From assembly GCA_038874595.1 (NCBI GenBank), contig JAVZCB010000004.1, forward strand, positions 1 through 64,000: a stretch of DNA of 64,000 nucleotides, read 5' to 3'. Of the stretch, positions 48,586-58,788 are shown in pieces. The translations under genes were made by a program, and so were the position numbers. Position 1 is the first letter of the stretch, and each line of letters opens with the position of its first letter. The stretch comes from Candidatus Micrarchaeia archaeon. GTDB lineage: Archaea; Micrarchaeota; Micrarchaeia; CAILAH01. The notes below the pieces were generated by a model. It was not told the origin of the DNA. It saw only the letters and a program-made list of their open reading frames with translations, and did not search any database.

Positions 48586-49836
48586 ATGCAAAAGATGTAT
48601 TTGGCATTGCTGATTATCTTCGTGTCTTTAGTACAACTTGTGGGTGCTGCGGTTTGCGTGTACGAGCCACGGCTCAATGTGTCCTCAAGTTCTGTGACGA
48701 CATTATTCCCACACGCTGGCGATAAAATAGCACTGCAAGCACTGCTGCAAAGCGATGAGTTATATGCTGGCGTGATGGAAATCTATCTTAGAAAGGGTGA
48801 GTTGAAATACCCGCTGGCAAGCAGGGAGATATACATCGTTCCGGGAGATAATAAGATATCTCAGGAGTTAGAGCTTCCAAGGATGCTTGCTTCTGGTGTT
48901 TATGAGCTCAATTTAAGGATTGGTGGGTTTGTATATAAGTTGCCTTTGATTATTAATGGGAGCGAAACAGAAGATAAGGTATTTGTAAGCGAGGATATGG
49001 GGACGCTTGAGGTTATTGCTTTAACAGATACGCCTGTAATTGTTGTGCAGGAAATCGTGTTCGCAGATGGCAGGCGCGCGAACAAGGAGTATTCGGTTAC
49101 ACCGGTTAATAATACTGCTGTAATAAGGGAGATGGCTTGTGATGACTGTCTTCAGAGAATCAAGATAAGTAACAATGAGTTGTGGGCAGTCATTGAAAAA
49201 ATATATGGGGTTTATGAAGAGCCATACGCAAAGGTTATTGGGCTTAAAAAAGATAAGTTAGAGCTTGAGGTGTGTGCACCAGGAGAGTATACTGTATACA
49301 TAAATGGTGAGAATAAGGGAAAGATGAAAAACAAAGGGGACATTGAAACTGAATTGCAGAGCGGTTATGAGAAAGTGAGCCTAATATTATATGGAAAAGG
49401 GGAGATACTTAGCAAAGGGATTGACCTTGGCGAGTTCAGGGATGAGAATGCTAATATCTCAGTGAAGGTTATTGCACAGCAGCCGTTTACGGTGCGCCTC
49501 AGCGCAATGGATAGGTTTGGAAGGGAAGTGCTGAGCACAGGTGAGATAGAGATTATAGATGAGAGTGGGAATACGTTTTATGATAAGGTATCATTCGCGG
49601 GGAGCACAGAAAGGAAGTACAACTTGGCGGAAGGGAGATATATTGTAAAGTACAATGGTGTAAGTACAACGGGGTCTGCGGTGCCTGAACCGGCCGTTCC
49701 TTTACCACAAACTCAGCCAAAATATGAGCTTGTCCCAGCCGACCTTGTACCGGTTATTGCAGCTGTCCTGGTGCTTGCAGTGGTGGTTGCCATATTTGCC
49801 TTGATGAAGATGAAGAACTGGAGAAGAAATGTTTAA
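48586..49836 (+). CDS. Secreted beta-rich (Ig-like) protein with C-terminal TM anchor
   Basis: Signal peptide, beta-strand patterns, Pro-rich linker, TM followed by KMKNWRR. Confidence 0.75.
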   Translation: MQKMYLALLIIFVSLVQLVGAAVCVYEPRLNVSSSSVTTLFPHAGDKIALQALLQSDELYAGVMEIYLRKGELKYPLASREIYIVPGDNKISQELELPRMLASGVYELNLRIGGFVYKLPLIINGSETEDKVFVSEDMGTLEVIALTDTPVIVVQEIVFADGRRANKEYSVTPVNNTAVIREMACDDCLQRIKISNNELWAVIEKIYGVYEEPYAKVIGLKKDKLELEVCAPGEYTVYINGENKGKMKNKGDIETELQSGYEKVSLILYGKGEILSKGIDLGEFRDENANISVKVIAQQPFTVRLSAMDRFGREVLSTGEIEIIDESGNTFYDKVSFAGSTERKYNLAEGRYIVKYNGVSTTGSAVPEPAVPLPQTQPKYELVPADLVPVIAAVLVLAVVVAIFALMKMKNWRRNV

Positions 49837-49863
49837 ATACGAAGAAAATGAAAATTTGGATGT

Positions 49864-51840
49864 ATGCTAAGGAAAGAGGAGGTAAAATGCTGGTTTCGCG
49901 AGCAAAAACGCAAGTGGAAAAGCTTCGTTGCAGTTCCACTGTTAGCGGCCAGCATCATGGCTATTGGGCCTACTGTTTCACACTCACAGGAGGTAATAAG
50001 GATGAGTAGTAATCAAGCATTAAAAACTCCTATATCGAAAACTAAAGAAACTGCTGAAATTGTGCACGAGAATTCCTACAATGTTCTAAACTCCATAAAT
50101 GCTACTGTTAATTCAACTGAAACGGAGAGGGTACTGGGTGCACAATCATTGAAAAACCTTGTAAACAGGTACGGGAAAAAAGATATCATAAATGGATTAA
50201 ATAGACTTAAGAAGAGTGGAAAAATCAACGAAGAAGAATATAATAGGCTTGTTGAAATTGCTAATGAGATTGATTATGACAGGATGTACAAGAACGTTGT
50301 AACAACACAGAGTTTGAAAGTTGGCGGCAAATCTGAGAAGGTTGATGCAATAAAAGACACAAGCGTCCTGCTTGATAAAGAGATAAGGGATGTTGTATGT
50401 TTTGTATACCTTGTTTCAATAATAAGCATCCCTGAAATGAAAGAGGTACCGCACCCTGAAAAAAAGCTTTACTTTACAGCTCATACTCAGGATACTAAGA
50501 ACGCCGAAAAAATAAAAAAACAAATTGACGATGTGCAGAGTATTTATAACACGCTCCTATCAGATAAAATTTCGGAGATTAATTACCTTGCAATCAGGGG
50601 AAAGCAAGCATATCTTTTTTTGCAAGGATATCCACCACTTGGCTTACATATTGACTTTGAGCCGCTTTATTCAATTGCGGGCAGGCTTAAGCCTCCTGAA
50701 ATAGGAGATGTACCTCTTCAAAGTGATCCACAAGTGGAATATTTTGGGAAGGAATACAAAGACAGAATAAAGAAGATAGGTAATAACTACTATGTTTCTG
50801 GGAAGTGGCTGTATACAACACCCGAAGGGCGCGAGGCGCTCAAAGGATATTTCTCACAAGGCAAATGGGAGATTGGTGGAATTAAAAGCACTGATAAAGA
50901 TGCATCTAAAAAGCTGTTCGAACTAGTTGAGAAAACGGCCGGGACGTATGGTTATGAGAAAACGATGGCGTGGCTTGAGGAGCATTACAAGCAAGGTAAA
51001 ATAACAAATGAGCAGATGCAGATGATTGAGCCGCTGGTCCGTGTTGTTGATGAGATAAGGAAACGCATTGTGAGTATGGCTTACGAGTCAACTAAAGATA
51101 TTATGATGTTCTATGCAGGTGGTGAAAAGCGATTCGAGCTGAGACCTATTGGAGGCTCACAGGCAAGTATAACTGTTGGAGGCGGTGCTTACTATACAGC
51201 ATTTGAAGTGTACGATGAAAAAAATAAAGCGGTTGTGGGTACTTTATACGTGCGCGGCGAGTTACAATGGGAGAAATACAGCGGCTTAGCGGTACAGTTC
51301 CAGGTGTTTAATGATTTCGGCTTGATGCAGGATAACAAGAGCATTGTTGATGCGAGTGCACTTGCTTTTGGAGCGGAATTGAGCGAGCAGGTAGGGAATA
51401 GACTTGCACTTAAGTTTGGATTAGGTGGGCAGGTGGCACTAACTGCACAAAACATATACACAAGTGGAGGAGTTACGTGGTACCCAAAGAAAAATATGCT
51501 ATATATTCAGGAGGTTGGCATTGGACCGAAGCTGTCCCTCACAAACATAGACGTTGAAAATATACTTAAAAACCAGGGATTCACACCGGAGTTTGCAGGT
51601 GCGATGGGTAATGTTATCCCTCCATATTTATGGAAAGCTGGCATTCCTGTAGATATTACATTTGGTGGCAAAAATTGGAAACTTGAGTTATCATCAGAGG
51701 CAGGATATATGCTTCTTACAAATAAAGACCTTAAAGGAATTCCTGAAGGGGGAAAATTCTACTGGGGCGGGAGTGCTGGTGTAGAGATTAACCTCTATGA
51801 AGATTGGGTTATTAACCTAAACATCTCGGTTTACAAATAG
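49864..51840 (+). CDS. Secreted hypothetical protein: helical N-terminal region and amphipathic beta-strand-rich C-terminal region
   Basis: Basic N-region plus hydrophobic signal; SHOCT-like LKKSGKINEEEY; alternating G/aromatic beta strands in the last ~230 aa. Confidence 0.75.
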   Translation: MLRKEEVKCWFREQKRKWKSFVAVPLLAASIMAIGPTVSHSQEVIRMSSNQALKTPISKTKETAEIVHENSYNVLNSINATVNSTETERVLGAQSLKNLVNRYGKKDIINGLNRLKKSGKINEEEYNRLVEIANEIDYDRMYKNVVTTQSLKVGGKSEKVDAIKDTSVLLDKEIRDVVCFVYLVSIISIPEMKEVPHPEKKLYFTAHTQDTKNAEKIKKQIDDVQSIYNTLLSDKISEINYLAIRGKQAYLFLQGYPPLGLHIDFEPLYSIAGRLKPPEIGDVPLQSDPQVEYFGKEYKDRIKKIGNNYYVSGKWLYTTPEGREALKGYFSQGKWEIGGIKSTDKDASKKLFELVEKTAGTYGYEKTMAWLEEHYKQGKITNEQMQMIEPLVRVVDEIRKRIVSMAYESTKDIMMFYAGGEKRFELRPIGGSQASITVGGGAYYTAFEVYDEKNKAVVGTLYVRGELQWEKYSGLAVQFQVFNDFGLMQDNKSIVDASALAFGAELSEQVGNRLALKFGLGGQVALTAQNIYTSGGVTWYPKKNMLYIQEVGIGPKLSLTNIDVENILKNQGFTPEFAGAMGNVIPPYLWKAGIPVDITFGGKNWKLELSSEAGYMLLTNKDLKGIPEGGKFYWGGSAGVEINLYEDWVINLNISVYK

Positions 51841-51845
51841 GTGGT

Positions 51846-53936
51846 GTGATGAGAAAGCTTGCCTTTGTACTGGTCGTTGTGCTCTGGTGTGCTGTGCTAC
51901 TATACGGGGCAAGCGAAAGCAAGAGCCGCACATATACGATGCCTGATTATAGCATTTACTCGATGAGCTCTGAAATCACGCAAGTAATCAATGCAAACAC
52001 TGCAAAAATAACAAGTGATAAGATATGTGCCGGGGATTCTAGGAATTTGAGAGAGTATGTTGATTATGCAGTTACACAAAATACTCATGTAATAACGCAT
52101 TGTGACATTTCAACATCTACGCTGGATTGTGATAAAAGCAAGTATACAATCGTAGGTGAAGGTATTGCGAGCACGGCTGAAGTAATCTCTGAAAACGAAT
52201 ATAACATCCTCAAGAATAGCGGGTTGAAAAGGTTTACTGCATATGGGGTTTTAACCCAAGGCGAAAAGAATGTTGTTGATGAGATCTCGGGCTCGAGATA
52301 TGGCGGTGCACATCTCGCAAGGATGGATATTGATGGTAAGATATGTACGGGATGCACACACATAAAATATGCAAAAAGCCGTGGCGGGCTTGGGTGTACT
52401 GGAACTTACAAAATAACTGTTATCGGGCCTGATGGAAGCACTGCTGCTGTTTATGAAGGGCCTCTTGAAGAGTTTGCCGAGTCAACTAAAAAGATTAATT
52501 ATAAGTTTGATAGGGCAGGGCAGTATACTGTGAATTATGAAACAGCTGTAAAAACCTGTGTAGGCATACTGAGTGAGGAGCCAATAGGTGGGACACGGGT
52601 TATACATCCTTTCTTTGACCCATCTGGTTTGTACTTGCCATTCGTGATTAAGGAATCTGTCAAGCTTGATATCCTAAGCGGTATTAACGTTCCTGACATC
52701 ATTCCGTCACAGGGAGTGATTGATAATGAGATTGACCCGTCAACGGGTAAAATAGTGCCAAAAACACTCACAGAGAATAAGCAGGATACGTTTACTTTAA
52801 GGTTCAGCCTGTCAAACCCACAGGATAGCAGCACAGATATGAAAATCACATCTATAAGCTGGCCGTTAGATGCTACAAGTGATACTAAAATTGCAAAGCT
52901 CAAGATAGATAATGCTGTTATAACACCAAGTGTTGGAAGTGGTATCACGCTCAAGCCAGGCCAAACGCTTTCCGTTGAGATTAAAACAACAGCAACTGCC
53001 CCAAAGGGGTCGGTTGGGATGCATACCTTGAAGGTTGATTACTCATATGATGCAACAGCTATTGGGATATGTGCAAGCGGTGCGAGCGAGAAACGCGGTG
53101 GAAGTGTATACGCAACAATACAAGTGTTGCCAGAAAACGTTCAACCGCAGGATAATTTAGGGGTAACTGTTAGGGTAACGCCGCCTTTAATAAACACTAA
53201 TAACTATGAAAAGGTAAACAAGGATGGTGTAAAAGTAGACGGATATGTACTGCTGAACCCTGGTAAAGATAATATTGGTGTTGAAGGTGCAAACGTAACC
53301 CTATGGAGTATTACAAAACACTCCAGGAAAATTAATAGTGGAAAACCGCTAACATCCACCCTTTGTTATCTGCCACCTGAAAACAACAAAATGGTAAAAA
53401 CGGATAAGAACGGCTACTATGACTTTTCAAATGTGCCTTTGACTTTATGTAAAATTGGTGGTGACGAGGAAGGGTTCCTTAACGCCACTGTAACTGCAGA
53501 GTATGCAATGCCTGGGAAAGCACCGTTGCGTACACAGCCCACTTCCGGAGGCTCAACCATAAGCACGCCTATCCCGGACCCAACGTGCACTCTTACATAC
53601 AAGAGAAAAACTGGGAATGTTGAGACATACGAGATTACTGTTAATATAAAGAACTGGAAAGATGGGTTTGTTGTAAACACTGCTGGCGGCAAAGAGAAAG
53701 GCAGTTACGATTGTGGCAGTGGCGGGGGCCCGGTAACAACTGGTATCAGAGGAAGCTTAAAGGGCGAGAACCCTACACTTACATTTGAATGCTCATACGG
53801 TGCAGAGCTTACACCGGAGATGTCGCGCGTGGTTGTGTACGGGTTGGATTACAAAAAAACCAATGACCAGAGAGCGCCATTTACAACTATGGTGTGCAGG
53901 GAAAAAATCGGGATGTGTTACGTACAGCTAGGCTAA
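51846..53936 (+). CDS. Secreted multi-Ig-like, Cys-containing surface protein
   Basis: 696 aa; signal peptide; Thr/Gly-rich beta sandwiches (FDRAGQYTV, VKTDKNGYYDF); no obvious C-terminal anchor. Confidence 0.75.
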   Translation: MMRKLAFVLVVVLWCAVLLYGASESKSRTYTMPDYSIYSMSSEITQVINANTAKITSDKICAGDSRNLREYVDYAVTQNTHVITHCDISTSTLDCDKSKYTIVGEGIASTAEVISENEYNILKNSGLKRFTAYGVLTQGEKNVVDEISGSRYGGAHLARMDIDGKICTGCTHIKYAKSRGGLGCTGTYKITVIGPDGSTAAVYEGPLEEFAESTKKINYKFDRAGQYTVNYETAVKTCVGILSEEPIGGTRVIHPFFDPSGLYLPFVIKESVKLDILSGINVPDIIPSQGVIDNEIDPSTGKIVPKTLTENKQDTFTLRFSLSNPQDSSTDMKITSISWPLDATSDTKIAKLKIDNAVITPSVGSGITLKPGQTLSVEIKTTATAPKGSVGMHTLKVDYSYDATAIGICASGASEKRGGSVYATIQVLPENVQPQDNLGVTVRVTPPLINTNNYEKVNKDGVKVDGYVLLNPGKDNIGVEGANVTLWSITKHSRKINSGKPLTSTLCYLPPENNKMVKTDKNGYYDFSNVPLTLCKIGGDEEGFLNATVTAEYAMPGKAPLRTQPTSGGSTISTPIPDPTCTLTYKRKTGNVETYEITVNIKNWKDGFVVNTAGGKEKGSYDCGSGGGPVTTGIRGSLKGENPTLTFECSYGAELTPEMSRVVVYGLDYKKTNDQRAPFTTMVCREKIGMCYVQLG

Positions 53937-53945
53937 AAATAAAGG

Positions 53946-54590
53946 TTAGTAATTCTTACTTTGTTTTTTCCCCTCATCTCTTACAAGGAAAGTTGTTCTA
54001 TAAACACGCCTTCCTTTTTTGACACCATACAATTTGTTTGAAGTTATTAGTTTGAAGTTGAGTGCTGATAATATCGTTGCAGCCGCAGATTTGCTGCCTA
54101 CATATATGTCAAGCCCTTCTTTAAGCTCTTCAGTCTTTGGAATGAAAGTAAGCCGCTCAAGCTGGCTTATCAGCCGCTCTGCGAATGCTTTATCATGTGC
54201 GTACCTGCCTCGCAGCTGGATTATGGCTTCATAGTAACCGGCAGATTTCTGGGCACACACGTTGCACAGTGATTCCTTAATCCGAAGAGGGATGCGGAAT
54301 TCCATACTTATCTTATCATACTTCACAACTATGTGCTCATCCTCAATCCAAACTTCAGGAGTCCCAAAACTCTTACTTTTAAATTCGTGTGATAATGCAT
54401 CTTCAACAGGGGTTGCCCAGGATGTAAACCGCTCAGCCCCGCAATTCCTACACCTGTATATTGTAACTTTCAATGGCAGTTTTGGCATATTCATTGCCAG
54501 ATAACAATCAATACAAAAACTACCAATGAAATCCTTATCACTTTCAAATGCGCCACATTTTGGGCATTGCTTTGGCATAACAACAACCAC
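53946..54590 (-). CDS. nmd3: NMD3-family ribosome biogenesis protein
   Basis: CPKCG, FCIDC, CRNCG, LCNVC...GYYEAIIQLRG, GLDIYVGS. Confidence 0.9.
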   Translation of the reverse strand: MVVVMPKQCPKCGAFESDKDFIGSFCIDCYLAMNMPKLPLKVTIYRCRNCGAERFTSWATPVEDALSHEFKSKSFGTPEVWIEDEHIVVKYDKISMEFRIPLRIKESLCNVCAQKSAGYYEAIIQLRGRYAHDKAFAERLISQLERLTFIPKTEELKEGLDIYVGSKSAAATILSALNFKLITSNKLYGVKKGRRVYRTTFLVRDEGKKQSKNY

Positions 54591-54600
54591 ACTAATTTAA

Positions 54601-55845
54601 TTACTGGTGCGAGCGCAATTCCTCAAGCGCTTTCCTGACAGCTGACATAGATATCTCACTTTCCCTATCTTTAAACAGCTCATAAATCTGTGCTGCCTCT
54701 GATGGCGTTGCACCTGCCATTAGCGCCAGCGTTTTGGAATGCAACCGCATATGTCCCTTGTTTATCCCTTCCTGTGTTAGCGCACGCAACGCCGCAAAAT
54801 TCTGTGCCAATCCTACCGCAGCAGCAACACTGCACAATTCAGGTGCGGATTTCACCTGCAATATCCTATCTATGCAAATTCGTGCAGCCCTATGGTTTGT
54901 ACCGCTGCCCACAATACCTAAAGATAGCGGAAGCTCAATCTCACCAGCAAGCTTCCCATCCTCGATATAGTACTTTGTTAAAGGATGATAGGATGAATTG
55001 TAGGCCGCATATGCGTGTGCACCAGCCTCAACGGCACGTGTATCATTACCTGTTGCAAGCGCAAGTGCTGAAATTCCATTCATTATACCTTTATTATGAG
55101 TAACTGCACGAAGTATATCATTCTCAGCCAGCGCCTGCGCATCAAGGATTCCTTTTGCCAGTTCTAAATCTGATGTAAGGTATGCCTTTGCACGCGATAC
55201 GCGCTTAATGCAAAGGTTTGAGAGTATTCGCAGGCGTGCTTTTCCACCTATCATCTCAACAATAATGGGCGCCAGCGATTCAGCTACCTTGTTGATAGTA
55301 TTCGCACCCATAGCGTCACGTACATCAACAGAAAAATAAACTATTGTATGGCTCTTGCCGTTTGTGCTGAACGTGCGTGCCCAAATGTCACGTGCACCGC
55401 CGCCCCTCTCTTTCATTGAAGGGATAATCCCATCAATATGGCCGAGCAATGCCTGCTTGCTTGAATTAATTTTCGTATCCGCATCAGGGATTGGGTCAAC
55501 AACCTGCACCTGCCCTATCATAACTGGGTCAGATGATGATGCTGTAAACCCACCAAACTCGCGCGCCATCTTTGCAGCTTTTGATGCGGCTGCAACCACG
55601 CTTGGCTCCTCACCGGCCATTGGTATCAGGTAATCCTTGCCATTAATACGAAAATTTGTGGCGATACTTAAAGGCAAGGAATAGAGGCCTATAACATTCT
55701 CACGCATTGCGTTGGCTTCTTCTATTGATAGGCCACCGGAGCGTATGCAAGATATCTCATCATCAGATAAGTTAATGAGGGATTTCAAGTATGACAGCCG
55801 TTCAGATGGGGATTTTGAATGAAAACCCGAAATGTCAGAATGCAT
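54601..55845 (-). CDS. mvaA: HMG-CoA reductase, class II (bacterial type)
   Basis: ENVIG, EEPSVVAAAS, DAMGAN, RILSN, THNKGIMNG, GNDTRAVEAGAH, GHMRLH. Confidence 0.92.
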   Translation of the reverse strand: MHSDISGFHSKSPSERLSYLKSLINLSDDEISCIRSGGLSIEEANAMRENVIGLYSLPLSIATNFRINGKDYLIPMAGEEPSVVAAASKAAKMAREFGGFTASSSDPVMIGQVQVVDPIPDADTKINSSKQALLGHIDGIIPSMKERGGGARDIWARTFSTNGKSHTIVYFSVDVRDAMGANTINKVAESLAPIIVEMIGGKARLRILSNLCIKRVSRAKAYLTSDLELAKGILDAQALAENDILRAVTHNKGIMNGISALALATGNDTRAVEAGAHAYAAYNSSYHPLTKYYIEDGKLAGEIELPLSLGIVGSGTNHRAARICIDRILQVKSAPELCSVAAAVGLAQNFAALRALTQEGINKGHMRLHSKTLALMAGATPSEAAQIYELFKDRESEISMSAVRKALEELRSHQ

Positions 55846-55862
55846 TAAAACACCGTGCCTTT

Positions 55863-56051
55863 CTATTTTAGGTATTTCTTTGCAGCCCTTACCTTATAAA
55901 GTTTGTCAAGCTCGTTCCGGACATCATAAAACGACAGATGACGTATTTCAACCCCGGACTTGGCAGGCCCTGCTGGAGGCTTGAACGTGGGTGTTGATGC
56001 GATTTTTTCAAGTTCAACTATGCGTTTTCTTAACTCATCAAAAGAGCTCAT
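55863..56051 (-). CDS. Small hypothetical protein
   Basis: 62 aa in operon context with a GGTG RBS. Confidence 0.5.
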   Translation of the reverse strand: MSSFDELRKRIVELEKIASTPTFKPPAGPAKSGVEIRHLSFYDVRNELDKLYKVRAAKKYLK

Positions 56052-56062
56052 ACCTTTGGCAC

Positions 56063-57592
56063 CTACCGCTCTAATATCTCCTTCAACGGGACGCCCTTCT
56101 CAACCGCATCAAGCAAAGATTCCCTTGAATTATAATATTCTGCAACCACCCTGCCAACGTGCTCAACATCAACACAGCCCTGCTTTATCATATAATTCAG
56201 CACTTTTGATTTTTCATTTATATCTGCGGATATCTCCTTCTGTGTCATTCCTGTATAAAGGCTGAGGCGGTCAGCAAGTGAGGATATTTCATCCACTTTG
56301 TCAATCCTGTCGTTTCTGGGGTTCCACCTGTAAATTACCCTGTGCCTGCCACGGTCATCAACCTCTGCAACCTCAAACGTCCTGCGCAGGCCGGTACGCC
56401 TGTTCCTGTATTGCACAACTATTAAGTCCAGCGCTCCCAGCATAGATTGTGGGATATCCACAGGCGGATTGGTCAAACGGGATATCGTTTGCTCCGCGTT
56501 ATCTGCGTGTAAAGTTGCAATTACAGAGTGCCCCGTGTGCATCGCCTCAAACAGGATTTCTGCTTCACGCTTACGTCTAACTTCACCAACTATAATCCTG
56601 TCAGGGCGCATACGTAACGAGTTCACGAGCAGGTCAAGCATCTTTACCTCACCTTTCCCTTCAGGGTTTGGAAGCCTTGTTGAAAGGGGAACCCATTGCA
56701 GGAAGGATGGGAGATATATCTCACGTGTATCTTCTATGCTTATTATGCGCTGGTTAGGTGGGAATAGATTTGAAAGCGCGTTTAGGAAAGATGTCTTACC
56801 GCTACCCGTACCCCCTGAAACAAGTATTGACATCTCGTTCTGGATGCTCAGCCATAAGAGTGCCATAACCTCTGCGGATACTGTTGATGACTGCACAAAC
56901 ATAGTTGGTGTCCATGGATTTCGCGCAAATTTTCTTATTGTAATGGTATTGCCATTAGTGGAGATTGGGAAGAGTGTTGCATTAACACGGTCACCTGTTG
57001 ATAAGCGTGCATCCATAAGGGGATTGAGCAGGTTAATCTGCCTGCCAACACGGCGCCCTATGGCAGCAGCATAATCCTGCACCGTTTTCTCTTCTTTCAG
57101 CACAACGTTTGTAATGCACCAACCATACTTCTTATGGAAAACCCATATGGGCTGGCCTGCACAGTTTACTACGATTTCCTCAAGGTTCTCATCATGAAGG
57201 AACGGCTCCAAATCACCCAAGCCAAGTGTATACTGCATAAGGTACGCTGAGAGAATTTTCAGGTTCTCGGGCGGCAAATTAGGAAAATGCCTGAGTAAAA
57301 CTTTTGAAGTCTTTGAGAAGAACTGGTCGCGCACATACTTGCTCTTCTGGACATCAAGCATCTCTGATATATCAATGTTTACTTCGCCAACAAGCTCACC
57401 GCGTATTTGCGTATCTAATATAAGCCTTGTCCCTTCCGCAAGACCTGGGATTTTAATCGAGTAGTACGGGACGTACAAATCTGGCCTGTGCGATATCTGC
57501 ACCTCCATGGCCATGCCTTCAACATTAAGTTGATAAGTATCAACCGCGCGCACCGCACCACTGTCATTGTTCTTCTTTCCGTTTTGGACCAT
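56063..57592 (-). CDS. Type II/IV secretion ATPase (VirB11/TadA/CpaF/FlaI family)
   Basis: LEEIVVN, DRVNAT, ITIRKF, GGTGSGKT, SIEDTRE, LRMRPDRIIVGEVR, AMHTGH, TLHA. Confidence 0.93.
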   Translation of the reverse strand: MVQNGKKNNDSGAVRAVDTYQLNVEGMAMEVQISHRPDLYVPYYSIKIPGLAEGTRLILDTQIRGELVGEVNIDISEMLDVQKSKYVRDQFFSKTSKVLLRHFPNLPPENLKILSAYLMQYTLGLGDLEPFLHDENLEEIVVNCAGQPIWVFHKKYGWCITNVVLKEEKTVQDYAAAIGRRVGRQINLLNPLMDARLSTGDRVNATLFPISTNGNTITIRKFARNPWTPTMFVQSSTVSAEVMALLWLSIQNEMSILVSGGTGSGKTSFLNALSNLFPPNQRIISIEDTREIYLPSFLQWVPLSTRLPNPEGKGEVKMLDLLVNSLRMRPDRIIVGEVRRKREAEILFEAMHTGHSVIATLHADNAEQTISRLTNPPVDIPQSMLGALDLIVVQYRNRRTGLRRTFEVAEVDDRGRHRVIYRWNPRNDRIDKVDEISSLADRLSLYTGMTQKEISADINEKSKVLNYMIKQGCVDVEHVGRVVAEYYNSRESLLDAVEKGVPLKEILER

Positions 57593-57600
57593 AATAATAC

Positions 57601-58788
57601 TTACCTCCGCTTTTCCTTTTCCTCCCGCAGCTTCCTCATAAGGTCAATCAGCTCCTGGCGCTTCTGTTCCATCATAGTTACATCACGCTTTGTCTCCTTT
57701 ATCTTTTCCTTTGCCTCCTCAAGTTTTCCGCTGACTCCGCTCACAGCAGTTGGGGATACCTCTATCTTTATCGCCTGCAATTCACGTATAAGCAGCTTTA
57801 GCTTCTTGTCAAGCCTCTCCTCCTCATCTTCCAGCTCAGCAAGCATATCCGCAATCCTCTTTACCTCAGCATACCTGCGCGCAATTACATCCTCGCTTAT
57901 CTTGCTCTCAAGCACCTCAACATCCTTGCTGAAATCGTTTATCGTCTTGAGTGCAAGCCGCATCTCATCAAGCCGCTTCTCAAGCGTTTCATTAAGAGAG
58001 GAATACATCTGGCTTACACTTTCAAACTCCTCACGAACATTCTTTATCTCCTGGTCAAACTTGCCAGTGCTCAATTGCGAATACGTTGCCAGCCGGGTCT
58101 TAAGCGCCTCCTCCTTCTCAGAAAGGTCTGAAAGCTCAGAATCTATCTCATCTTTCTGCTTTTGCAAAGTCTCACGGAGAGCGCGCACCTTCCTGAGTGC
58201 ATCATCATAATTTGAGACAAGCGTTTCCATAACCGCCGCATCCTGCATATATGAGCTTTCTGCCTCCTTAAGCTGCACGCTGTACTTATCCATCCTCTCC
58301 TTAACCTTAAAGGCCATCTCCTCAAGGTCATGAACCATTACTTTTGCTTCTTCGTTTGCCTTCTGCCCTTCCTTCTTGATTTCATTTAAAGTTTCAACCG
58401 CTGCCCTAACCCCCTCACTCACAGAAGATAGATTACCTATAATTGAGGACAACTTTTTGCTGGATTCCTTTGACTCCGCCAAAAGCCCTGCAATGCGGTT
58501 TGAAAGCCCTTCCAGCTCAACAAGAAGCGAATCACGCTGCTCACGCAGCTCTTTTACCTTTTCAGGCTCAGTCACTGACTCCCCAGCCCATACAAGGTAT
58601 GCTGTTGTAAACTGGTATTCAATCTTGATTATCCCTTCCTCTTCAAGTATATGGGACCATTCCTCAATTACCTTCTGGGCAATGCCAAGCTCCTTTGAGG
58701 CGCGTTCAAGCGAGACACGTTTATTCTTGTAAATAAGGTTTATGAGCTGATCAACACCTGTGCTTATCAGTGAATCTACGTATGCCAC
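57601..58788 (-). CDS. Coiled-coil protein with N-terminal winged-helix-like domain
   Basis: TGVDQLINLI..K.VS..ASKELG...IEEW..ILEEEG.I.IEY followed by ~320 aa of heptads; co-oriented with the ATPase. Confidence 0.75.
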   Translation of the reverse strand: MAYVDSLISTGVDQLINLIYKNKRVSLERASKELGIAQKVIEEWSHILEEEGIIKIEYQFTTAYLVWAGESVTEPEKVKELREQRDSLLVELEGLSNRIAGLLAESKESSKKLSSIIGNLSSVSEGVRAAVETLNEIKKEGQKANEEAKVMVHDLEEMAFKVKERMDKYSVQLKEAESSYMQDAAVMETLVSNYDDALRKVRALRETLQKQKDEIDSELSDLSEKEEALKTRLATYSQLSTGKFDQEIKNVREEFESVSQMYSSLNETLEKRLDEMRLALKTINDFSKDVEVLESKISEDVIARRYAEVKRIADMLAELEDEEERLDKKLKLLIRELQAIKIEVSPTAVSGVSGKLEEAKEKIKETKRDVTMMEQKRQELIDLMRKLREEKEKRR

